From an uncultured Gemmatimonadaceae bacterium (GTDB lineage: Bacteria; Gemmatimonadota; Gemmatimonadetes; Gemmatimonadales; Gemmatimonadaceae), in the NCBI GenBank assembly GCA_963751275.1, contig CAVVTZ010000007.1, positions 448,001 to 512,000 on the forward strand: a DNA stretch of 64,000 bases. Direction: 5' to 3'. The notes below the pieces were generated by a model. It was not told the origin of the DNA and ran no database searches. It saw nothing but the letters and a program-made list of their open reading frames with translations. Of the stretch, positions 54,546-64,000 are shown one piece after another (positions within the stretch are counted from its first letter, which is position 1; every line of letters begins with the position of its first letter). Both the position numbers and the translations under genes were made by a program.

Positions 54546-55204
54546 CTCGCGCGGCGGCGCTGGCCTTCGCGCTGCTCGCGGCCTGTGGACACGAGCGGCG
54601 GGCCCCGGGGAACAGCGCGCCGAACGAGCCCTATCGTGTGGTGGCGTTGCGCGCGCCGGGACGGTTGGACGGCCTGATCACCCTCGCGCCGCCGCTCCGC
54701 GCGGGGGACGCCATCGTGTGGCTGAGCGATGTGCGCAGCGGCAAGCCGCTCCCGCTGTCGCGCCGCTACGAGATCGATCACGAAGGGAACGCACTCGTTC
54801 CGGCGACGCAGGCCGTGATCGCCGGCGGCACGCTCAACGTGCGCAACGACGACGAGACGCCGCACCGCGCGCGCTTCACGCTCTCGGGCGGCGGCGCCGA
54901 TTCTGTGCTTGGCACCGTGACCGAGACCGGGGCGGGGCAGGTCGTGCCGGCGCAGAAGCTGCTGCGGCGCGCCGGGCTCGTCGTGGTGACATGCGATCTG
55001 CATCCGGACACGCGCGCGTGGATCCGCGTGTTCGATCAGCCGTACTTCGCGCAGCCGGATTCCAGCGGGCGATTCGCGATCGATTCCATTCCCGCCGGCC
55101 GCTGGACGCTGCGGGTGTGGCACCCGTCGCTCGGCGAGAGTGAGCGCGAGGTGACCATCGATTCCGCGGCGCTGGCCTTCGAGGACGTGCGGATCCCGCG
55201 CTGA
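54542..55204 (+). CDS. lipoprotein with cupredoxin-like and carboxypeptidase-regulatory-like domains
   Basis: Lipobox LAAC, N.D..PH, CDLHP, PYFA...G.F.I..IPAG. Confidence 0.7.
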   Translation: MTRAAALAFALLAACGHERRAPGNSAPNEPYRVVALRAPGRLDGLITLAPPLRAGDAIVWLSDVRSGKPLPLSRRYEIDHEGNALVPATQAVIAGGTLNVRNDDETPHRARFTLSGGGADSVLGTVTETGAGQVVPAQKLLRRAGLVVVTCDLHPDTRAWIRVFDQPYFAQPDSSGRFAIDSIPAGRWTLRVWHPSLGESEREVTIDSAALAFEDVRIPR

Positions 55205-55205
55205 A

Positions 55206-57022
55206 CTAGGGCCGCGCCCGGGGCGCGTCGGGGAATTGCACCCGGTAAAGGCGCGCGTACAGACCGTTGTCGGCGAGGAGCTGCGTGTGCGAGCCTTCTT
55301 CGATGACGCGCCCGCCATCGATGACCACCACCCGGTCGGCGCGGCGCACCGTGCTCAGGCGGTGCGCGATGATGAGCGTCGAGCGGCCGCGCAGCAATTC
55401 TTCCATCGCCTTCTCGACGAGACGCTCACTCTCGCTGTCGAGGCTCGACGTGGCCTCGTCGAGGATCACCACCGCGGGATCCTTGAGGAAGACGCGCGCG
55501 ATGGCGATGCGCTGCCGCTGGCCGCCGGAGAGCTTCACGCCGCGCTCGCCCACGCGCGTGTCCATGCCGTCCTGGAAGCGCTCGATGAATTCCATGGCGT
55601 GCGCGGCGCGCGCGGCGCGCGCGACATTGATATCGGACGCATCGGGACGGCCGAAGGCGATGTTCTCGCGGATCGTGCCGCTGAAGAGCGCGGGCTCCTG
55701 GGGCACGAGTCCGATCGCGCTGCGCAGGTCATGCAGGGGCAGGCGGCGCACGTCGAGGCGGTCGAGCGTGATCGTGCCCCGCGTCGTGTCCCAGAATCGA
55801 GGCACGAGCGAGGCGATCGTGGTCTTGCCGGCGCCCGAGGGACCGACGAGCGCCACGACCTCGCCGGGGACGATCCGGAAGGAGACGTCGTGCAACACGT
55901 CGGGCAAGTCGGCGGCGTAACGGAAGGTGACACGATCGAAGCGCACGTCGCCGCGTACGGGCTTCGCGAGCGTGAGGGGCTCGGCGGGCTCGGCGATCGA
56001 CGGCTTCAGGCGCAGCAGTTCGAACACGCGCTCCGCCGCGCCGACGGCCTCCTGGAACTGTCCGAAGAGCTGCGCGAGCGCGCCCACCGCCGCGGCGACG
56101 GTGAAGGCCAGCAACAGGAATTGAACGAACTTGCCGGCGGTGAGGTCGCCCGACAGCACGAGGCGTCCGCCCTGCCAGAGCACCACCGCCACGCCGCTGA
56201 ATCCGACGAACGTGATGACGCCGAAGAAGATGCCGCGGATCCACGCGCGTCTCAGCGCCGCCGTCACGACATCCCGCAGCAGATCGAAGTACCGCTTCGT
56301 CTCGAGCGCTTCCCGCGTGAAGCTCTGCACGACGCGGATCTGGCCGAACGCCTCATCGGCCATCCCCATCGCGTCGGCGATCCGGTCCTGGACGCCGGTG
56401 CTCGACATGCGCAGCAGGCGCCCGAATATGAAGGCCGCCGCCACGACGATCGGCACCACCGCGAGCGTGGTCACGGTCAAGCGCCACTCGGTGATCGTCA
56501 GCAGCGACACGCCGCCCACGAGGTACAGCACCTGGCGCAGCAATTCCGTGACCTGATAGTTCATCACGCTCTGCAGCATCGTGATGTCGGACGACAGCCG
56601 GCTCGTCAGCTCGCCCGACCGCCGCTCGGCGAAGAAGCCCGGCGACAATCGCACGAGGTTGGCGAAGACGTCGGCGCGCAGCTGCGCGATCACCTTCTCG
56701 GCGACGACCGCGAGCGTCCACACCTGCACGAAGTTGAAGGCCCCCTGCGCCAGGAAGAGCAGGATCAGGCCGGCGGCGAAGTAGTTGAGCTGCGACGAGT
56801 CCTTCAGGACGAACGATGCGTCGAGGAGCCGGCGCACCACCAATGGAAAGACGAGTCCCAGCGCGACGCTGATCACGAGCGACACGCCGCCCACCCAGAG
56901 GCGCCCGGGATACGCGCGCATCCGCTCGAACAGCGGACGCAGCGGTCCGGGCGATGGGATCGCGCGCTTCTTCGGCGCGTCGACGAGGCCGGCCGCGGGC
57001 GCGGCCGATGTGACCGGCGCCA

Positions 57023-57023
<1 letters not shown>
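55206..57023 (-). CDS. ABC exporter, fused TMD-NBD (MsbA-like)
   Basis: GPSGAGKT, LSGGQ, ILDEATS, AHRL. Confidence 0.95.
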
Positions 57024-57910
<887 letters not shown>

Positions 57911-57921
57911 CGCCCGGCCGC

Positions 57922-58890
57922 TCACGCGCCGCCTCCGCGCGCGATGATCACCGCGATGCTCGGCGGCAGCGGCGCCATCGCGGGCGACGCGCGGCGCGCG
58001 AGCAGCGCGGTCACCACGATCGCGAGCCAGACCAGCACGCCGTCCATCTGGTGCAGCGAGCGCAGCGCGGGCGGGAGCCGCATGCCGATCATCGCGCCGG
58101 CGATCAGCAGCTGCAGCAGGGCGAGCGCGAACGCGACGCGCACGCCGCGCACGGCCGCCGGGGCGCCGTCGATCTTGCGCGTGCTCATCACGAGGCCGAA
58201 GAGATGCAGGAAGAGGAGCACGGCGAGCGCGCGGTGCGTCATCTGGATGAGTACGAGCCGCTGGACGATCGGCGACGCCTCGCCCGCGCCGCAGAGAGGG
58301 AACGACGGGCACACGATGTTCGCGCCCGGCACCTTCGCGGTGAGCCCGCCGAAGATGAGCACGAGCAGCGCGAGACCCACCGCGGCCGCGGTGCTGCGGA
58401 ACAGCGACGCCGGCGCGGTCGCCGGTGCGCCGCCGCCGAAGTCGCCGGCGCGCACCAGTGCGTTCGCGAGCGTCGCCAGCAGCGAGGCCGCCAGCACCCA
58501 ATGCACCACCGTCGCGAATGGCGCGTTCTGGAAGAACACCGTGACCGCGCCGAAGAGCGCCGTGGTGATCACGATCCCCAGCGCCGCGGCCGCGGGCCGC
58601 AGCACGCCCCCCGAGCCGCCCACGCCGGGCGTCGCGCGCGCGCGCCAGGCCGCGAGCACCGTCGCCGCGATCGTCACGATCAGCACGAGCGCGAGCAGCC
58701 GGTGCGTCCACTCCACCACCAGCGTCGGCTGGCTCATGGGGGGGAACCACGCGCCCTGGCACATCGGCCAATGCTCGCCGCATCCCATGCCCGAGCCGGA
58801 GATGCGCACGAAGCCGCCGAACATGATGTGCACCACCGCGACGGCCAGCGAAGCGCGCAGCAGCGTGCGCAGCGAGGGAGGAATGTTCAC
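57922..58890 (-). CDS. ctaA: heme A synthase (COX15/CtaA)
   Basis: GSGMGC..WP.C, EWTHR, His residues, CPSFPLC. Confidence 0.92.
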   Translation of the reverse strand: MNIPPSLRTLLRASLAVAVVHIMFGGFVRISGSGMGCGEHWPMCQGAWFPPMSQPTLVVEWTHRLLALVLIVTIAATVLAAWRARATPGVGGSGGVLRPAAAALGIVITTALFGAVTVFFQNAPFATVVHWVLAASLLATLANALVRAGDFGGGAPATAPASLFRSTAAAVGLALLVLIFGGLTAKVPGANIVCPSFPLCGAGEASPIVQRLVLIQMTHRALAVLLFLHLFGLVMSTRKIDGAPAAVRGVRVAFALALLQLLIAGAMIGMRLPPALRSLHQMDGVLVWLAIVVTALLARRASPAMAPLPPSIAVIIARGGGA

Positions 58891-59105
58891 GGGTGCATCG
58901 CGCGCCAAGTGAACCCCAGCACCACCGCGAGCGCGATGGCGGGAAGCACCGTCCACGCGAATTCCGTCCGCGCGCGCGGCTCGGGCACGCCGGCCGGTGT
59001 CGCCCCGCCCGCCGCCCGCGCGCGCGCCCGGAACAACGAGCGCAGGATGAGCGTCTGTCCCGCGGCGCAGCTCAGCGCCGCGCACCAGAAGAAGAAATCA
59101 CGCAT
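58887..59105 (-). CDS. small 2-TM protein resembling the cytochrome oxidase subunit II TM segment
   Basis: EFAWTVLPAIAL motif; coupled to ctaA. Confidence 0.6.
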   Translation of the reverse strand: MRDFFFWCAALSCAAGQTLILRSLFRARARAAGGATPAGVPEPRARTEFAWTVLPAIALAVVLGFTWRAMHP

Positions 59106-59188
59106 AGGGACGAAAGGTGCCACCCGGCCGGGGGCGGGTCAACGGCGCCGCTCTCGCCGCGCCGCTTCGCGCATCGTATGTTCCGCGC

Positions 59189-60550
59189 ATGTCCGAGGCC
59201 CCCGGCAAGCTCCCGCGTCAGCTCGGTCTCTGGAGCGCCACCGCGGTGCTCATCGGCTCCACCATCGGCTCGGGGATCTTCCGCTCGCCCGCGGGCATCG
59301 CGGCGCGGCTGCCGGGTCCGCTGCCGTTGCTCGCGGTGTGGGTGGCCGGCGGCCTCTTCGCGCTCTGCGGCGCGCTCACGCTCGCCGAGATCGCGGGGGC
59401 GTACCCGCAAACGGGCGGCATCTATGTGTTCCTGCGCGAAGCGTGGGGGCGCCGCTCTGCATTCCTCTTCGGATGGTCGGAGCTGGTCGTGATCCGCGCC
59501 GCGAGCTACGGCGCGATCTCCACCACCTTTGCCGCCTACTTCTTCCGCGCGTTCGGCCACGATCCGAAGGCCGCGCCGTACGACACCTACGTGCACTGGG
59601 TGGCCGCCGCCGCGATCGCGCTCACCGCGACCTTCAACTATGTGGGCCTGCGCTGGGGCTCGCTGGTGCAGAACCTCACGACGCTCGCGAAGTACGGCGG
59701 CCTGATGTTCATCGTGCTGCTCGCCTTCGCGCTCGGCCTGCCGCACACCGGCGGCCACTACACGCCCGCGGCGCCGCCGGGGAGCTTCACCTTCGGCGCC
59801 TTCGGCCTCGCGCTCGTGTCGGTGCTCTGGGCCTACGACGGCTGGGAGGATGTCACCTTCGTCGCCGGCGAGGTGAAGGACCCGCGCCGCGTGATGCCGC
59901 GCGCGATCATCATCGGGACGCTGGCCGTCATCGCCATCTATCTCCTCGCGAACCTGGCCTATCTCGCGGTGCTCGATGTGAACCAGATCGCGTCGTCCCA
60001 GCTCGTGGCCGCGGAAGTCGCGCAGCAGGTCGTGGGGCCGATCGGCGTCGTGTTCGTGGCGGTCACGGTGATGCTCTCCACCTTCGGTACGCTCAACGGC
60101 TCGATCATGACCGCGCCGCGCATCTTCTTCGCGATGGCCGATGACGGGCTGTTCTTCAGCGGCATCGCCAGAGTGCATCCGCGCTTCCGCACGCCGAGCC
60201 GCGCGATCCTGCTCTCGGCCGCGCTCGGCATCGTGTTCGTGCTGCTGCTCAACTTCGAGCGGCTCGCCGACACCTTCGTCATCGCGATCGTGCCCTTCCT
60301 CGCGCTGGCCGTCGCGGGCGTGTATCGGCTGCGCGGCCGGCCCGGCTACGATCCGCCGTTCAAGGTGCCGGGCTACCCCGTGGTGCCGATGCTGTTCATC
60401 CTCTCCACGATCGCGCTCCTCGTGAACGCGCTCATGGACCCCGACATCCCGAACCGCTGGTGGACGCTTGGCGTGCTGCTCACCGTGCTCGCGGGACTGC
60501 CCGTGTATCAGGCCACCGTGGGTAGGGACAAGACCGTGACGAATGGGTGA
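59189..60550 (+). CDS. APC family amino acid permease
   Basis: IGSGIF, AE, TGG.Y, YDGW, GEVKDP. Confidence 0.93.
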   Translation: MSEAPGKLPRQLGLWSATAVLIGSTIGSGIFRSPAGIAARLPGPLPLLAVWVAGGLFALCGALTLAEIAGAYPQTGGIYVFLREAWGRRSAFLFGWSELVVIRAASYGAISTTFAAYFFRAFGHDPKAAPYDTYVHWVAAAAIALTATFNYVGLRWGSLVQNLTTLAKYGGLMFIVLLAFALGLPHTGGHYTPAAPPGSFTFGAFGLALVSVLWAYDGWEDVTFVAGEVKDPRRVMPRAIIIGTLAVIAIYLLANLAYLAVLDVNQIASSQLVAAEVAQQVVGPIGVVFVAVTVMLSTFGTLNGSIMTAPRIFFAMADDGLFFSGIARVHPRFRTPSRAILLSAALGIVFVLLLNFERLADTFVIAIVPFLALAVAGVYRLRGRPGYDPPFKVPGYPVVPMLFILSTIALLVNALMDPDIPNRWWTLGVLLTVLAGLPVYQATVGRDKTVTNG

Positions 60551-60674
60551 TTTTGCTTTCTTGACGCATACGCCGTTGGCGAGATAGTTTTGCCCCGTCG
60601 CCGGCAAGGCGGCGGTGTCCATTTCCGGCCGGGCCCATCGCCCCGCCAATCATCACCCAGGGAGAGGTCCCCTC

Positions 60675-63600
60675 ATGAACACAATTCGTTGGCTGCGCAC
60701 CTTCGCCATTCTCACGCTGGCGGCGGCTGTCGCGGTCCCGTCGCGCATTGCCGCGCAGGGAACGACGACCGCGGCCATCACGGGCACCGTCACGGACTCG
60801 TCGACCAAGGAGCCGGTCGAAGCGGCGCAGGTGCAGATCGTGAACAAGGCGACCGGCGCCTCGATCACCGCGCAGACGCGGCCGTCCGGCGTCTACTTCA
60901 TCGCGGGGCTCGAGGTCGGCGTCCCGTACACGGTCACCGTGCGGCGCATCGGCTACCGCCCGAAGACGGACGGCGTCGCGCGCCTCGCGCTGAGCCAGCG
61001 CGCCGTACTGAACTTCCAGCTCGAGCCGCAGGCCGCGACGCTCGCCGCGATCACGGTCGAGGCGGGCGACCAGCTCTCCCCGATCATCAACCCGAACCGC
61101 AAGGGCACCGGCTCGCTGGTGGATGACAGCATCCTCAAGCGCGCGCCGACGCTGAACCGCAACTTCACCGACTTCATGAGCACGGTGCCGCAGGTGGCGA
61201 CGCAGCCGAACGGCACGACGTCGGCCGGCGGCGTGAACAACCGCTACAACAACATCCAGATCGACGGCGCGAACAGCAACGACCTGTTCGGCCTCGGCGG
61301 CACCGGCCAGCCGGGCGGTCAGTCCAACGGGAAATCGATCTCGCTCGACGCGGTGAAGGAATACCAGGTGCTGCTCTCGCCCTACGACCTGAACTTCTCC
61401 GGGTTCAACGGCGCCTTGGTGAACGCGGTGACCAAGAGCGGCACGAACGACTTCGATGGCGACATCTTCTATTACTTCCGCAACCAGAACTTCGCGGCGA
61501 ACGTCCCCTTCATTCAGAATTCGGGCCTCTATGTCGAGCAGTACGGCGCGTCGGTGTCCGGCCCGCTCATCAAGGACCGGCTGCATTTCTTCGCGAACGG
61601 CGAGTGGCAGCTGCGCGCGCAGCCGAGTACGGGCCCGTACGTCGGCCAGGCCGCGAACGCCGCGTCGCCGCTCACGGTGGACTCGGCGACCACGCAGCGC
61701 TTCATCAACGATCTGACGGCGCTGGGGATCCCGGCCGGCACGGGCGGCGCGACCAACAACCAGAACCCGCTCACGAACGGCTTCGGACGTCTCGACCTCG
61801 CGCTGCCCGAGATCAACAGCACGCTCACGCTCCGCGACAACTACGCGAGCGGCAGCATCAACGTGTTCAGCCGCTCCTCGACCTTCCCGCTCACGTCGCA
61901 GCTGTACACCATCGCGGACTACAACAACAGCCTGGTGCTGCAGCTGAACTCCACGATGCAGAGCGGGTCGAGCAACGAGTTCATCGCGGCGTACCAGACG
62001 ATCTCGGACCTGCGCTCGCCGATCACGGGAGCGAATTTTCCGACGATCGTCGTGACGGTGCCCGGTCTCCAGAGCGCGACGATCAACGAGCTCGGCGGCG
62101 CCGAGCAGTTCTCGCAGGGGAACTCGCTGGACCAGAAGATGCTGCAGCTGAAGGACAACTACTCCTTCTTCGTGGGCGACAACAACCGCGTGACGACGGG
62201 CGTCTCGGCCGACATCTGGAGCTTCACGAACCTGTTCACCGAGAGCTCGTACGGCGTGTGGACGTTCAACTCGCTGGATTCGCTCGAGGCGGGCAACGCG
62301 AACCGCTACCGCGTCTCGCTGCCGCTGACCAACCCGCCGGCCGTGGTCGCCAACCCGCAGGGCGTGACGTACGGCGCGTACGTCGAGGACAACTGGACGC
62401 CGAACCCGCGCTTCAACATGACGTTCGGTCTCCGCATCGATGTGCCGGTGATCTCGAACGCGCCGCCCTACACGGCGTCCTTCGATTCGATCTTCGGCGG
62501 ACTCTTCCAGTCGATGGGCCGCCAGGCGAACACCTCGGTCGTGCCGTCGGGCAACATTCAGTGGGAGCCGCGCATCGGCTTCAACTGGGACATGGACGGT
62601 GAGAAGCGGAACCAGCTGCGCGGCGGCGCCGGCATCTTCGTCGGCCGTCCCGCCATGGTGTGGATGGCGAACTCCTGGCAGAACTCGGGCAGCGGCCTCG
62701 GCTTCCTGATGTGCGGGCGATCGACCGATCCGGGACCGCTCACGCCGGTGTTCGGTCCGGAGACGTGGGAGCGCCGCCGCAGACCTGCCCGAACGGCGCG
62801 GGCCTCGCCAGCGGCGTCGTCGGCCCGGTGGACATCATGGACAAGAACCTCAAGATGCCCGAAGTATTCCGCGCGAACCTCGCGTACGACACGCGGCTGC
62901 CGAATGACTTCTTCCTCACGTTCGAGGCGCTGTACACGCAGGGGCTCAACAACTTCTTCTATATCAACCGCAACATCAATTACGACTCGGCCTACATCGG
63001 CCGGAACGGCCGCTACATGTACGGCACCATCGCGGCGAACGGCGTGCCCACCACGTTCGTCTACGACGCATCGCACCGCTACTCGGAAGTCATCGACATC
63101 GTCAACCAGTCGAAGGACTACGCGTACGATCTGACGGTGGAGCTGCACAAGCGGGTGTTCAGCTCGCTCGATACCCGCGTCGCGTACACCTTCTCGCACT
63201 CGTACGACGTGGCGTCGCTCAACTCCAGCCGCGCCATCTCGAACTGGCAGTTCGGCCGGGAAGAGGGCGGCAATATCCTCGCGCAGAACGTGACCCCCTC
63301 GGCGTATGACCAGCCGAACAAGCTCCTGATCTCGGGCACGTACACGTTCCCGTGGAAGACGTGGAAGACGGACTTCTCGCTGATCTACTCGGGCTACTCG
63401 GGCTCGACGTTCGACTACGTGTACGGCGGCTCCGGCAGCCGCGGCGACCTGAACGGCGACGGCAACCAGAACGACCTGATCTACGTGCCGACGAACGTGT
63501 ACGATCCGAATCAGGTGCAGTTCCAGACGATCCCGGCGAGCGGCAGCCATGCCGCGGTGCTGGCGAGCACGCAGCAACTCGCACTGTACAACCTCATCCA

Positions 63601-63982
63601 GAGCACGCCCTGTCTGCGCGAGCATCAGGGCGAGATCCTGACGCGCGATTCGTGCCGCAATCCCTGGGTCAACCAGCTCGATGCGACGCTCATCCAGAAT
63701 CTCCCGCGCTTCGGCGGCCACAACGTGCAGCTCCGTCTGGACATCTTCAACGTGCCGAACATGCTGAACGGTTCGTGGGGTCTCGTCCGGCAGGCCGGCG
63801 GCAGCTCCTTCACCGACGTGTCCTTGCTCACGGTGACCGGCACCTCGGCGCCGGTGACTCGCGCGATTCCGCAGAGCGGCATCCCGATCGTGCAGTTCCA
63901 GCCGACGTACATTCAGTATCCCACGGTCAATGCCGTGTACTCGTATTACCAGCTGCAATTCTCGGCTCGATTCGACTGGTAG
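60675..63982 (+). CDS. TonB-dependent receptor, Oar-like with N-terminal carboxypeptidase-regulatory-like domain (frameshift ~62760)
   Basis: Signal peptide, RNF, IDGA..ND.FG, VTKSGTN, PRIGFNWD, DLNGDG..ND, terminal RFDW. Confidence 0.93.
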
Positions 63983-64000
63983 CTCGAAGAGCAGTCGTTG

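Overview
High-GC (~70%) bacterial chromosome segment with dense operons; the gene content and conserved hypotheticals suggest Gemmatimonadota (inference). About 60 CDS are supported; I saw no rRNA, tRNA, CRISPR array, integrase or transposase. Many genes carry single-base frameshifts (acnA, qcrB/C, the cyc2-like gene, an APC permease, the beta-lactamase-like gene, the M16 peptidase, the SRPBCC gene, the TonB receptor, and about 8-9 in acs), most consistent with long-read indel errors. Highlights: (1) a divergent 7-gene lipid cluster (SPT-like alpha-oxoamine synthase, ADC-fold protein, DAGK-family lipid kinase, Zn-MDR reductase; acyltransferase, Tam41-like cytidylyltransferase, PIP-synthase-like CDP-alcohol phosphotransferase) that could be an undescribed phosphosphingolipid pathway through a CDP-ceramide; (2) an operon of Rieske, cytochrome b-c fusion, Cyc2-like cytochrome-porin and periplasmic cytochrome c, a candidate extracellular electron transfer or Fe redox conduit; (3) an exported BCP-type peroxiredoxin with an in-frame UGA and a SECIS-like hairpin (selenoprotein split by the ORF caller); (4) a ketosynthase/SRPBCC/methyltransferase/flavoprotein/B12-radical SAM/DUF92 lipid or polyketide operon; (5) a patatin-ferredoxin fusion; (6) a SpeD-like protein with Cys at the pyruvoyl site; (7) several families of long intergenic palindromes. 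Family assignments come from motif recognition by eye, not database searches.
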